Source: Spirochaetota bacterium (GTDB taxonomy: Bacteria; Spirochaetota; UBA4802; UBA5550). Taken from it: a stretch of 64,000 nt of DNA. The translations under genes were made by a program, and so were the position numbers. The stretch spans positions 53,037-117,036 of the forward strand of contig JBNKTL010000009.1 of assembly GCA_050298055.1 (NCBI GenBank), given 5' to 3'. Below the pieces are notes generated by a model that saw nothing but the letters and a program-made list of their open reading frames with translations, searched no databases and was not told the DNA's origin. This document shows, piece by piece, positions 1 to 10,270 of the stretch (positions within the stretch are counted from its first letter, which is position 1; every line of letters begins with the position of its first letter).

Positions 1-20
1 TTATAAGCTTTAGGAAAATC

Positions 21-1997
21 ATGGAAGACCCTATTCACAGGATATTTGCAGGTAACGGAATTCTCAGGGATGAAATTCCCGGGTACGAGTTCAGGAAGGA
101 GCAGCACCAGATGGCGGACTTCATCTCTGAAAGGCTGTATGAATCGGAGAACGGGCTCATAGAAGCGGGGACCGGCACCGGGAAGACACTGGCCTACCTG
201 GTCCCTTCCATTATCTACGCCATTGAAAATGAAAAGAAGGTCACCGTGACCACAGAGACAAAGGCCCTGCAAAAACAGCTTATTGAGAAAGACCTTCCCC
301 TTGTGAAGAAAATCCTGAAAAAAAATTTCAGCCTGGATTTTACCTCCTCACTCTGCCTGGGAAGCGGTAACTATCCCTGCAGGAGAAGATTCGAATCAGC
401 GGTAAAAAAGGGCCAGTTTGCGCAGAAAGACCTCTCCGGGGTGGAGATCCTCAACGAGTTCTTTGGAAAGAAGAAAATTTTCACACGTTTTGATCTCCCG
501 GTATCCGCCTCCCTCTGGACCCGGGTCGCCCGGGAACCCGACGCGTGCATATCCTTTAAGTGCGTTTTCGCGAAGATGTGTCCCTACCAGCTCGCGAAAA
601 AAGAATGGGCGGCATCCCACGTCCTTATCATGAACCACTATCTTTATTTTACCAATATCAGCATGGGGCGGACATATCTTCCCGTGACAGATATTACCCT
701 GTTCGACGAGGCCCATTCGGTTGAAGATATCGCCTCGGCACAGCTGGGCTTCAGTCTCGGGTACAGCCAGTTCCTTGAAATTACGGAACGCTTTTATCAC
801 GGCAGAAAGAGAAACCGGCTGGTTCAGAATATCAGCAACCCTGTTTTAAAGAAAAAAATTATTGATACGATAAAAGAGCTCCAGGCCGGGACCAGCCGGT
901 TCTTCGAAGAGGTGAGGTCATTCTTTCCCGGAAACGCCGTCCAGCTGCGCCTGAAGGAAAAGAGAGAGTATTCGGCAAACCCCGCCGGTTTACTCAGGGA
1001 ACTTCTTGCTCTCATGGGTGAAGCGGAGGACGAGTTCGATGATGATTTCCTGAGGATGGAGTACGATATCGCCATGGGGCGGCTCTTCCAGTTTTCGGAA
1101 AACCTCGCCGGGTTTATCTCCATGAACGATGAAAATTCCGTTTACTGGATAGAGAGGAGTGACCGGGAATTGATCGGCGATGTCTTCCTGAAAGGGCAGC
1201 CTGTTTCCGTAGCGAAAATCATGGAAGAAGATGTCCTCCCCCACAACTCATCGTCCCTCTTTGTATCGGCCACTCTCTCCGCAGGAGGGGACTTCAGGTA
1301 CATCACGGAGAGGCTCGGTCTCAGGAGAGAGAAGTCCCTTGTCCTGGAATCGTCCTTCAACTTCAGGGAGCAGGCGGTGATCTACCTGGAATCGGGTCCC
1401 GGCAATCCCAATGATCCCGGCTTTATTGAAAAATCCGCAGAGACCGCTTCAAAGATCATCAAACACCTTGGAGGGAACTGCCTGTTGCTCCTGACCTCAT
1501 ACAGGTCCCTTGAAATAATGAAGGAAAAGATAAGGGAGCTCACAGACTACCCTGTCTTTTCCCAGGATGAATATACCTCCTCCCGGGCGGTGGAGATGTA
1601 CAGGGACCATGACAACTCCATTCTCATGGGAACACACTCCTTCTGGCAGGGGATAGACCTCCCCGGTGATCTTCTCAGGGGGGTGATAATGATGAGACTC
1701 CCTTTCTCTGTCCCCGATTCACCGGTGGTGGAGGCAAAGATGGAGAGGCTCGCTGAACAGGGAAAGAACCCCTTCCTCTCGTTCCAGGTCCCCGATGCCA
1801 TTATCAGGTTCAGGCAGGGGTTCGGAAGGCTCATACGAAGCAGGAGTGACAGGGGGATTGTTGCCGTCATGGACCCGCGGATCGTGACAAAGCCCTACGG
1901 CAGGCATTTCCTGAGTTCTGTTCCCGGGTGCGATATCGTCTATACCGTCAATGAGCTGGTTGAGAGATTCAGCCCGGATTATAATTCAAAGGTGTAA
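21..1997 (+). CDS. dinG: DinG/YoaA-family ATP-dependent DNA helicase
   Basis: Q motif (YEFRKEQ), Walker A EAGTGTGKT, DEAH box, Fe-S cysteines, FWQGIDLPG and QGFGRLIRS motifs. Confidence 0.9.
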   Translation: MEDPIHRIFAGNGILRDEIPGYEFRKEQHQMADFISERLYESENGLIEAGTGTGKTLAYLVPSIIYAIENEKKVTVTTETKALQKQLIEKDLPLVKKILKKNFSLDFTSSLCLGSGNYPCRRRFESAVKKGQFAQKDLSGVEILNEFFGKKKIFTRFDLPVSASLWTRVAREPDACISFKCVFAKMCPYQLAKKEWAASHVLIMNHYLYFTNISMGRTYLPVTDITLFDEAHSVEDIASAQLGFSLGYSQFLEITERFYHGRKRNRLVQNISNPVLKKKIIDTIKELQAGTSRFFEEVRSFFPGNAVQLRLKEKREYSANPAGLLRELLALMGEAEDEFDDDFLRMEYDIAMGRLFQFSENLAGFISMNDENSVYWIERSDRELIGDVFLKGQPVSVAKIMEEDVLPHNSSSLFVSATLSAGGDFRYITERLGLRREKSLVLESSFNFREQAVIYLESGPGNPNDPGFIEKSAETASKIIKHLGGNCLLLLTSYRSLEIMKEKIRELTDYPVFSQDEYTSSRAVEMYRDHDNSILMGTHSFWQGIDLPGDLLRGVIMMRLPFSVPDSPVVEAKMERLAEQGKNPFLSFQVPDAIIRFRQGFGRLIRSRSDRGIVAVMDPRIVTKPYGRHFLSSVPGCDIVYTVNELVERFSPDYNSKV

Positions 1998-2821
1998 GCC
2001 ACAACCCTGTTGTCAAAGAATGTGGGAACAATGAGCATCTTCAGGGAGGGAACAACCTCAATATCCGCGGCGTTGATTTTCCGGTTCGTGGTATCCGAGA
2101 TCACCATCTTCTCCCTGTTGTTCACAAGCTGTATCTTCCCCGCCCAGTCGCTGATGACGTAGAGACCCTCGTCAAGGGCCTCAAGCCCGTCAATGGGACC
2201 GGTCTCCGGGACCAGGGGGGTGATCTCTTTTTTCTTTAGATCAATTTTAACAATACTGTTTTCTGTTCCCGCAAGGAGATAGTCGTTTTCAAAGAAAAGT
2301 CCGTTGACCCGTTTCAGCTTCTCCGAGTTGAGAAAAAGAGAAACTGTTCCGCCTTTAAGAAGATAAATTGTATTTGTGGACATATCGGAAATGTAAACAG
2401 ACCCGTCATTGCCCACTGTTATATCATTGAGAAAAACAGCATCCTTGACGTGAAAGATACCGGCAATGATCCCGGAAGAAGTGTTGAGGGACACGATCCT
2501 GTCTATGTCGGTAACATAAAGCTTTTCGTTTGAGAGACCCATACCCTTGGGAGCGTTAAACCCGGTGGACCAGTTGAGTTTAATAACTCTTCCTTCAAGA
2601 CTGAGCTGCGAGATAAAGCCGTTCCCGTCCTTTTCAAGGGGCTTACCGTTGATGTTTGATACATAGAGGACCTTTTTCTTCGGGTCATAAAGGACCGATT
2701 CCGGTGTTTTTAATTCCTTCCCGGTTGCCCATACCTGTTTCAGCTTGATTTTTTTCATAATACAGGAAGTCATCATCAAAAAGGAGAGACCGATGGATAA
2801 TAAGATAAGATTCTTTTTCAT
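1979..2821 (-). CDS. SMP-30/gluconolactonase-like beta-propeller lipoprotein
   Basis: Start moved to ATG 2821 (GGAGG RBS); lipobox-like MMTSC; PESVLYD, LYVSNING, FLNDIT, DGLE repeats. Confidence 0.7.
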   Translation of the reverse strand: MKKNLILLSIGLSFLMMTSCIMKKIKLKQVWATGKELKTPESVLYDPKKKVLYVSNINGKPLEKDGNGFISQLSLEGRVIKLNWSTGFNAPKGMGLSNEKLYVTDIDRIVSLNTSSGIIAGIFHVKDAVFLNDITVGNDGSVYISDMSTNTIYLLKGGTVSLFLNSEKLKRVNGLFFENDYLLAGTENSIVKIDLKKKEITPLVPETGPIDGLEALDEGLYVISDWAGKIQLVNNREKMVISDTTNRKINAADIEVVPSLKMLIVPTFFDNRVVAYTFEL

Positions 2822-2938
2822 GGTTATACCTCCCAGAAATGTGAAGAAGGTATTCTCTCTTAACTGAATTGTCAAACTCTTTATGAGTTATCAGGCCCTG
2901 TACAGGGGTGATTTTTGCCATTTATACATTAATTTCAG

Positions 2939-2968
2939 TTGACATTATAGAACTTTGAATTGTGATAG
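2939..2968 (+). promoter_or_regulatory. Probable sigma70 promoter of the Fe-S oxidoreductase gene
   Basis: TTGACA at 2939-2944 followed by TG-TGATAG at about 17-18 bp. Confidence 0.45.
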
Positions 2969-3047
2969 GCACAAATATCTGGGGATTTGTACATAAATTC
3001 ACAGGTTTCTGCTTTAAAAAATAAAATAACTCGGACTGCATCAGCCT

Positions 3048-5165
3048 ATGAAAATCGTAGATTCATACAATCTGGCACCTACTGATATTACCAGGGAATT
3101 TTACTTTAATGTTGGCGGAGTTGGCGGTTTTATGAGATGGGGAATTTATATCTTCATGTTCATTGCTGTCGGCTATCTTCTCTTTACCCTTACCCGCAGA
3201 ATAAAGGTCTGGAAGCTTGGAAAGGGGAAGATCAATACAGACAGGCCCTTTAAGAGGCTCATTGCCGTAATAAAATATGTTTTTTTCCAGAAGAAGATAT
3301 TACGGGAAGGATACGCGGGAATAATGCATGCCTCAATCTTCTTCGGTTTTCTCGGCCTGTTCGTGGTAACCATGATAATAGTTGTCCAGGAAGACCTGAC
3401 GGCACTCTTTTTCCATTATCATTTCATTCATGGGTCCTTTTATCTTATCTGGTCCCTAGCCGGCGACCTTTTCGGGCTGATCGTTATCATCGGCCTCCTC
3501 CTGGCAATAAAGAGAAGATATCTTACAAAGCCCACACGACTGGACACAAAGCCCACAGATACCTTTGCGCTTTTCATAGTGGTCATTATTGTCATAACCG
3601 GTTTTCTTAACGAGGCAATGAGGATAGCAATTACCGGGTTTCCCGCATTTGAAGTGTGGTCACCGGTGGGATGGGTGGTGGCGAAGCTTTTTGTTTCCGC
3701 CAATGTGCCTGTTCTTGAGAAGGTCCACTACGCGAACTGGTGGTTTCATATGATCGCGGCATTCTCCTTTGTGGGACTTATTGCAACGGAGAAGCTGGGT
3801 CATATCGTTATTTCCACAATGAACATCTTTACAATGAACCTGGATAATGAAAATCCTGAAACCAGGTATACACTGCCCCTGATCAAACCGGAAGAGTTTG
3901 AGACCGAAGAATCGTGGGGAGTCCTTAACATGGAGGAGCTCAGGAGGAATGACCTTCTTGACAGTGAAGCCTGTACCCGGTGCGGCCGGTGCCAGGACCA
4001 GTGCCCGGCATATCTTACCGAAAAGCCCCTGTCGCCCAAAAAGATGATAAATGACATCAGGGACAACATGAATGAAAGGGCCCCCCTTCTTCTGAAAGCC
4101 GGGAGCCCCGGGTCCGTGGAATCAACACCCCTGACAAACGGTGCCGTCACCAGGGACGAGTACTGGTCATGCACCAACTGCGCGGCCTGTATGGAGGCAT
4201 GCCCGGTAAATATTGAACATGTTCCAAAGATGACTGATATGAGAAGATATACTGTTCTCATGGAAGCGGGACAGACAGGCGAGCTCCAGCAGGCTTTTGT
4301 TAATATGGAGAACCAGTTCAATCCCTACGGGTTCGGTTTTGCCGCCAGGGGTGACTGGCTCCCTGAAGATCTCGGTGTTAAGATGATCTCCGATGACCGG
4401 GAAGTTGATTACTGTTACTTTGTGGGGTGTGCCGCTTCTTTCGATAAAAGGAACCAGAAGGTCGCCGAGGCATTCCTGAGGATAATGAAAAAGGCCGGTT
4501 TAAAAGTCGGGATACTGGGGCCCGAAGAGGTCTGCTGCGGTGATGCTGCCATGAGGGCCGGGAACGAATACCTCTTTCATATGCTGGTGACCCAGAACCT
4601 TGAGACATTCAAAAACTACGGGATTAAGAAAATTGTTACAACCTGTCCCCATGGTTACAATGTGTTAAAGAAGGAGTACAAAGAATTTGCGGGAGTGGGA
4701 CTTGACTCGGAGGGAAAAGCCCTTGAGTATAACTTTGAGGTATTCCATCATTCCGATATTATCTTTGACCTTATTAAAAACGGTAAGATTAAACTCAATG
4801 AATCCCTTGAAAACAGAATAACCTATCATGATTCATGTTTTCTGGGAAGATATAATGATAAATATGACAAGCCGAGAGAGATTATAAAATCCATCCCCGG
4901 GACCCAGATGGTTGAGATGAGCAGGAACCAGGAAAGGAGTTTCTGCTGCGGAGCCGGAGGCGCGCGGATGTTTATAGAGGAACATCTCGGTACACGGATC
5001 AACCAGTTCAGAACAAAGGACGCTCAGTCGTCAGGTGCCGAAAAGATCTGTACCGCGTGCCCCTTTTGCATGACAATGCTCACAGACGGCGCAACAGAAC
5101 TGGATATTTCAAACCTGGAGACGTTTGACCTGGCGGAACTGGTCTACAATTCCATGGAAAAATAA
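3048..5165 (+). CDS. Membrane-anchored Fe-S oxidoreductase (FadF/HdrD-like; NarI-type membrane domain, 2x[4Fe-4S], two CCG domains)
   Basis: N-terminal TM helices with His; CTRCGRCQDQCP, CTNCAACMEACP; CCGD and CCGAGG motifs. Confidence 0.85.
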   Translation: MKIVDSYNLAPTDITREFYFNVGGVGGFMRWGIYIFMFIAVGYLLFTLTRRIKVWKLGKGKINTDRPFKRLIAVIKYVFFQKKILREGYAGIMHASIFFGFLGLFVVTMIIVVQEDLTALFFHYHFIHGSFYLIWSLAGDLFGLIVIIGLLLAIKRRYLTKPTRLDTKPTDTFALFIVVIIVITGFLNEAMRIAITGFPAFEVWSPVGWVVAKLFVSANVPVLEKVHYANWWFHMIAAFSFVGLIATEKLGHIVISTMNIFTMNLDNENPETRYTLPLIKPEEFETEESWGVLNMEELRRNDLLDSEACTRCGRCQDQCPAYLTEKPLSPKKMINDIRDNMNERAPLLLKAGSPGSVESTPLTNGAVTRDEYWSCTNCAACMEACPVNIEHVPKMTDMRRYTVLMEAGQTGELQQAFVNMENQFNPYGFGFAARGDWLPEDLGVKMISDDREVDYCYFVGCAASFDKRNQKVAEAFLRIMKKAGLKVGILGPEEVCCGDAAMRAGNEYLFHMLVTQNLETFKNYGIKKIVTTCPHGYNVLKKEYKEFAGVGLDSEGKALEYNFEVFHHSDIIFDLIKNGKIKLNESLENRITYHDSCFLGRYNDKYDKPREIIKSIPGTQMVEMSRNQERSFCCGAGGARMFIEEHLGTRINQFRTKDAQSSGAEKICTACPFCMTMLTDGATELDISNLETFDLAELVYNSMEK

Positions 5166-5218
5166 GCGGGCACTTAATTATAATTACATAATATCAAAAA
5201 AACAAGGAGTATGTTTTT

Positions 5219-7579
5219 ATGGAGAATTTGTTTTATGTTGCGCCAATCGGCTCAATTGTTGCTCTTCTCTTTGCCTGGGTTTTTTATAAGAGCATGATGA
5301 GTGCTGATCCTGGCAGTGAAACAATGGTTGAGATTGCCGGTCATGTAAAGCAGGGCGCAAAGGCTTATCTCAATAGACAGTACAAGGTTGTTACAATAGT
5401 TTTTATTGTTCTTCTGGTTATCCTGACTATCCTGTCATTTCTGGGCGTACAGAATCCCTTCGTTCCCTTTGCCTTCCTTACCGGAGGTTTCTTTTCGGGA
5501 TTATGCGGATATCTCGGTATGATGACCGCGACCAACGCGTCAAACCGGACTGCCCAGGGTGCTTCACAGTCGTTGAATGCCGGTCTTAAAGTCGCGTTCA
5601 GGTCAGGAGCTGTTATGGGGCTGGTTGTTGTCGGATTCGGTCTGCTTGATATATCAATCTGGTATCTTGCTCTCAACGCGATTTATGACAATAATATATT
5701 CGGACTTGGTGAGCATATCCTCAAGAGTCTTCCGGAAGACGTGGGTGCCGGAACAACTTTCTCAGCATCTGTTTTAACAAACACTGCATGGGTCAAGATC
5801 AAAATGAGTGAGATCACAACTACCATGCTTACATTTGGTATGGGCGCGTCCACACAGGCACTCTTTGCCCGTGTTGGCGGCGGTATCTTTACCAAAGCTG
5901 CCGATGTGGGTGCTGACCTCGTCGGTAAGGTTGAAGCGGGAATTCCTGAAGATGATCCGCGGAACCCCGCGACAATAGCGGACAACGTCGGAGATAATGT
6001 TGGTGATGTTGCAGGAATGGGCGCTGACCTTTATGAATCTTACTGCGGTTCCATCCTTGCGACTGCAGCGCTGGGTGCTGCCCTTCCCCTTGCAGAGGGT
6101 GCTACAATTATCGATATCATCAAACCGATCATTGCGCCAATGGTTGTGGGCGGACTGGGTATCATGTTCTCTGTTATTGGAATATTCGCGGTCAGGACAA
6201 AGGAAGACTCTTCCATGAAGAACCTTCTCAAGTCACTGAATGTAGGTGTCTGGGGAAGTTCATTCCTTATCCTCGCGGCGCTTGCGGTTATGGCTTCACA
6301 GGGGATCATCACCTGGGGTATTTTCGGTGCTGTTATTGTGGGTCTCATAGCCGGTCTGATCATCGGGCAGGCAACCGAATACTATACCTCTGATGAATAT
6401 AAGCCCACACAGCAGATTGCCGCGCAGACCCAAATGGGTCATGCCACAACGATTATCGAAGGTATCGGCGTGGGGATGTTCTCCGCGGGGATACCTGTTG
6501 TGACCATCGTTATCGGCATTCTTCTTGCTTTTGGCGTGTCCGGGGGATTTACAAACATGAACGCGGGACTCTATGGAATCGGTTTTGCCGCTGTAGGAAT
6601 GCTCTCCACTCTCGGTATCACGCTTGCCACAGACGCGTACGGGCCCATTGCTGACAACGCAGGCGGTAACGCCGAGATGAGCGGTCTTGATCCCAAGGTT
6701 CGTGAAAGAACAGACGCCCTTGATATGCTGGGCAATACAACTGCCGCTACAGGTAAGGGTTTTGCTATCGGTTCCGCAGCTCTCACAGCCATGGCTCTTC
6801 TTTCCGCTTATCTTGAAGAGATCAAGATCTGGCTCGGCAAGCTTGGCGGAAAAGAGGGTTTTCAGGTTGGAGGATATAAGTTTTACGCAGTGCTCCCCGA
6901 TGCCGATACAATTGCGAAGGCAAAAGAGCAGGGAGTCATAATAATGAAATCTTCTGCTGCCGCAATATCTGATTTTGTGGCCGCTTATGACTTAAGCCTC
7001 ATGAATCCCATGGTGCTTTCCGGTATATTTATCGGTGCCATGATGGCTTTCGTTTTCAGCGCAATGACAATGAAGGCTGTTGGAAGGGCCGCAGGGGACA
7101 TGGTCAACGAAGTGAGAAGGCAGTTCAGGGAAATCCCAGGCATTATGGATGGAAAGGGAAAGCCCGACTATGCAAGCTGTGTTGCCATTTCTACCGCAGG
7201 AGCACAAAAAGAGATGATCGTTCCTTCGCTTATGGCTATTATCGTTCCTGTTGTTACAGGGATTTTCCTCGGAGTCGGCGGGGTCCTGGGACTTCTTGTG
7301 GGCGGACTGACCGCGGGTTTCTCTCTTGCATGCCTCCTGAATAACTCCGGCGGCGCGTGGGACAATGCCAAGAAGTTTATCGAGAAGGGAAATTTCGGCG
7401 GCAAGGGGTCCGATTCTCACAAGGCCGGTGTTACCGGTGATACGGTTGGTGATCCTTTTAAGGACACATCAGGTCCTGCGCTGAACATCCTGATAAAACT
7501 TATGTCAATGGTATCGGTTGTATTTGCCGGTGTTGTTGTCAAGTATTCAAAATACTTTTCAGATTTTATTGGTCTGTAA
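5219..7579 (+). CDS. hppA: Membrane-bound K+-dependent sodium (probably Na+,H+)-translocating pyrophosphatase
   Basis: GGGIFTKAADVGADLVGKVE, DNVGDNVGD, GNTTAA (Ala = K+-dependent), GDTVGDPFKD. Confidence 0.95.
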   Translation: MENLFYVAPIGSIVALLFAWVFYKSMMSADPGSETMVEIAGHVKQGAKAYLNRQYKVVTIVFIVLLVILTILSFLGVQNPFVPFAFLTGGFFSGLCGYLGMMTATNASNRTAQGASQSLNAGLKVAFRSGAVMGLVVVGFGLLDISIWYLALNAIYDNNIFGLGEHILKSLPEDVGAGTTFSASVLTNTAWVKIKMSEITTTMLTFGMGASTQALFARVGGGIFTKAADVGADLVGKVEAGIPEDDPRNPATIADNVGDNVGDVAGMGADLYESYCGSILATAALGAALPLAEGATIIDIIKPIIAPMVVGGLGIMFSVIGIFAVRTKEDSSMKNLLKSLNVGVWGSSFLILAALAVMASQGIITWGIFGAVIVGLIAGLIIGQATEYYTSDEYKPTQQIAAQTQMGHATTIIEGIGVGMFSAGIPVVTIVIGILLAFGVSGGFTNMNAGLYGIGFAAVGMLSTLGITLATDAYGPIADNAGGNAEMSGLDPKVRERTDALDMLGNTTAATGKGFAIGSAALTAMALLSAYLEEIKIWLGKLGGKEGFQVGGYKFYAVLPDADTIAKAKEQGVIIMKSSAAAISDFVAAYDLSLMNPMVLSGIFIGAMMAFVFSAMTMKAVGRAAGDMVNEVRRQFREIPGIMDGKGKPDYASCVAISTAGAQKEMIVPSLMAIIVPVVTGIFLGVGGVLGLLVGGLTAGFSLACLLNNSGGAWDNAKKFIEKGNFGGKGSDSHKAGVTGDTVGDPFKDTSGPALNILIKLMSMVSVVFAGVVVKYSKYFSDFIGL

Positions 7580-7602
7580 AAACTTTTTAATAATTGATAG
7601 AG

Positions 7603-7633
7603 AAAAAAGGGGTCCGGAAGGGCCCCTTTTTTT
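7603..7633 (+). terminator. Intrinsic terminator after hppA
   Basis: AAAAAAGGGGTCC-GGAA-GGGCCCC-TTTTTTT. Confidence 0.8.
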
Positions 7634-7711
7634 GGTGCGCCCGGTATGGACGAATGCTGACAGGTGTGATAATAAATCTTACTATAATAAGGTCATATGC
7701 GCATATTTCCC

Positions 7712-7741
7712 TTGACAGGAATTTTTTTTCAGACGTACAAT
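7712..7741 (+). promoter_or_regulatory. Near-consensus sigma70 promoter upstream of the small Cys-rich gene
   Basis: TTGACA-18 bp-TACAAT. Confidence 0.6.
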
Positions 7742-7821
7742 TAACTGTTTTGAGTTCAAAAAGAAATTGAGCTTGAGATGAAAGGGTTCAGAAAAAATTT
7801 ATTGGCATCAGGAGGCATCTT

Positions 7822-8103
7822 TTGGCTAGATTAATTGTATCTTTAAGTTTAATAGGAAGTTTTCTCGTGGTTTTACCGGTTGAGTCCCGGGCCAGGGACA
7901 AGTGCTGGCTTCTCAGCAGCAGAAGTGTGGGAAGAATGAAGTGCAAGTATACCTGGAAGAAGAAAAGAAGCAAGTTGCACAGTTGGGCCACAAACTGGTG
8001 CCGGAACACGGGAATTGGAAATAAATTGAAGAACACTCAATACTTCTCATGTAATAAAAAAGGAACGAAGTGCAGGGAGATTAATGCTACCTGCTACAAG
8101 TAA
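7822..8103 (+). CDS. Small secreted cationic six-cysteine protein
   Basis: AGGAGG 6 nt before a TTG start; hydrophobic signal peptide ending ..ESRA; 6 Cys in the mature part. Confidence 0.65.
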   Translation: MARLIVSLSLIGSFLVVLPVESRARDKCWLLSSRSVGRMKCKYTWKKKRSKLHSWATNWCRNTGIGNKLKNTQYFSCNKKGTKCREINATCYK

Positions 8104-8277
8104 CGAAAAGAGACCAACTGGAGAGAAAGCATTTATACATTCAACAATCACGCTTTTTTAAAAATTAACAATTTTTTTATATTACAGGGGTTTTCATTTT
8201 AAAATAATTAGTTATATTTAAGAAAAGAAATTATAGATAATTCTAAAATTCTTAATATTTTCAACTAATTATTTTAA

Positions 8278-9558
8278 ATGAAAACCCGGACTTCTTCAAA
8301 GACAATAAATGATCTCAATGCCATCCTTGATATTGAACAAAACCTCACAGGAAAAAGCTACCTTAAGGCGCTGATAAAAAATACGGCCCGGATATTAAAT
8401 ATTAAATATGTTCTGGTCGGCAAATCAACAGGACCTGACAACAGGCAGGTAAAAACAGAAATTGTCTGGGCGGATACGGACTTTGGGGATAACTTTGTCT
8501 ATGATTTAAAAGGGACCCCCTGTGATAATGTTCTCAGCGGAAACCGGGTCTGTGTCTTTCCCAATGAAGTGGCAAGTCAGTTCCCCGAAGATACTTTATT
8601 AAAGGAGATGGGAGTCTCGTCTTATATCGGGGCTCCAATTATTACTCCCGAAGAAGAACTCTCCAGCCTTCTGGTCTTACTGGATGACAAACCGATCATT
8701 AATGTGGATTATTTTAAATCGATAATTGATTTTCTGGCCATGCGGGCTTCCACGGAAATGGAAAGATATAAGATTGAAGAGAGCCTTAAGCAGCGGGTCA
8801 GTGAACAGACTGTTGAACTTGAGACGGCCAATGAAAAGCTTCAAAATGTATTAGAGGATCTGGAGGAGAGTATAGCCGCCAAGAACAGGTTTTTTTCAAT
8901 TATTGCCCATGACCTGAGAAGTCCCTTTATCGGGCTTATCGGTTTTACGGAAATGGTCATGAATAATTTTGAAAATTTTTCAAAAGATGATTTAAAAGGA
9001 ATTTTTAAAGAAATTAATTCTTCAGGAAACATACTCTATAACCTGCTGGAAAATCTTCTTCACTGGTCCATGACACAGACCGGCTCACTCCCGTTCAATC
9101 CGAAAAGGTATAACCTGAATAAGCTGGTAAATGAAGTTCTCCTCATTCTGGAACAGAATGCCCGGGTAAAAGATATCGAACTGGAAGTAGTGGTCTCTGA
9201 AGGGGTCTATGCTGAATTTGACATTGATATGCTTAAATCTGCTTTAAGAAACCTGTTATCCAATGCCATAAAATATTCTCATCCCGGAAGCCGGGTAACC
9301 CTGGAAGTCATAAAGGAGAATGACTTTACTCATGTTTCGGTCATTGACAGGGGAAAAGGAATAAAACCGGAAGATCTTGAAAAAATTTTTCAGATTGAGA
9401 ACATACACTCCACCCAGGGGACTGCCGGTGAATCCGGGACCGGCCTGGGGTTGATTCTCGCGAAAGAGTATGTGGAAAAAAACGGAGGTCAGATCCGGGT
9501 TGAGAGTGAACCGGGAAAGGGCAGCCGGTTCAGCTTTGCCATTCCGGTGGTTTTATAA
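8278..9558 (+). CDS. GAF-domain sensor histidine kinase (cytoplasmic)
   Basis: GAF (LKGTPCDNV..SYIGAPI), HisKA IAHDLRSPF, NLLSNAIKY, GTGLGL. Confidence 0.9.
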   Translation: MKTRTSSKTINDLNAILDIEQNLTGKSYLKALIKNTARILNIKYVLVGKSTGPDNRQVKTEIVWADTDFGDNFVYDLKGTPCDNVLSGNRVCVFPNEVASQFPEDTLLKEMGVSSYIGAPIITPEEELSSLLVLLDDKPIINVDYFKSIIDFLAMRASTEMERYKIEESLKQRVSEQTVELETANEKLQNVLEDLEESIAAKNRFFSIIAHDLRSPFIGLIGFTEMVMNNFENFSKDDLKGIFKEINSSGNILYNLLENLLHWSMTQTGSLPFNPKRYNLNKLVNEVLLILEQNARVKDIELEVVVSEGVYAEFDIDMLKSALRNLLSNAIKYSHPGSRVTLEVIKENDFTHVSVIDRGKGIKPEDLEKIFQIENIHSTQGTAGESGTGLGLILAKEYVEKNGGQIRVESEPGKGSRFSFAIPVVL

Positions 9559-9578
9559 AACTCTCTTTTGCCAGCCGA

Positions 9579-10211
9579 TTATTTACCTGTGGGTTTATAT
9601 ATATTAAAGGATTGGTGCTTTAAAACAGGATAACTTTCTGTGACAATAAATCCGGCCTTTTTTAGCTCTCTTTTTATTGTCTCCTCTTTAATAGCGTGAC
9701 CAAAAAGCTTTCTGAAAAACCCGAGTTTCTTCGGATCATAATCAATTACTGCCAGTCTTCCCTTTTCTTTTAAGACAGATCTGAGTTGAGAAAAATATTC
9801 TACCCGGTTCTGGAAATCGTGATAGGCGTTTCTGATAAAGATCAGGTCTATTGAGTTTTTTTCCAGTTTTGAATCATCGTATTCAGCAAAAACAACAATA
9901 ATATTTGAAATACCTTTCTCCCTGATTTTTTCCCGGATAAAGTCAACGCTCTTTTTGCTGATATCCACTGAGTAGACTTTACCTTCCTCTCCAACAGCTT
10001 TAGAAAGCTTGAATGAGAAATATCCTCCTCCTGCTCCCAGATCAGCTACCGTGTTTCCCTTTTTCAATTTCAGGTATGGGATCACATCAATGGAATCGCG
10101 TTCCTCCCTTTCAGCCTGATCATTAAAATGCTGCGGGCTGCTGCATTCCATGAGACTTATGGCAAAAGTGATAACTATTACGGATTTGATTATATTAATT
10201 GTTTTTTTCAT
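9579..10211 (-). CDS. Class I SAM-dependent methyltransferase with N-terminal signal/lipoprotein-like segment
   Basis: VADLGAGGGYF, VYSVDI, LKEKGRLAVID. Confidence 0.8.
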   Translation of the reverse strand: MKKTINIIKSVIVITFAISLMECSSPQHFNDQAEREERDSIDVIPYLKLKKGNTVADLGAGGGYFSFKLSKAVGEEGKVYSVDISKKSVDFIREKIREKGISNIIVVFAEYDDSKLEKNSIDLIFIRNAYHDFQNRVEYFSQLRSVLKEKGRLAVIDYDPKKLGFFRKLFGHAIKEETIKRELKKAGFIVTESYPVLKHQSFNIYKPTGK

Positions 10212-10270
10212 TTTTCTCTCCTTGTTAAATGATTAACATACTATTAAATGAATCCATAAAGTGTTTAATG

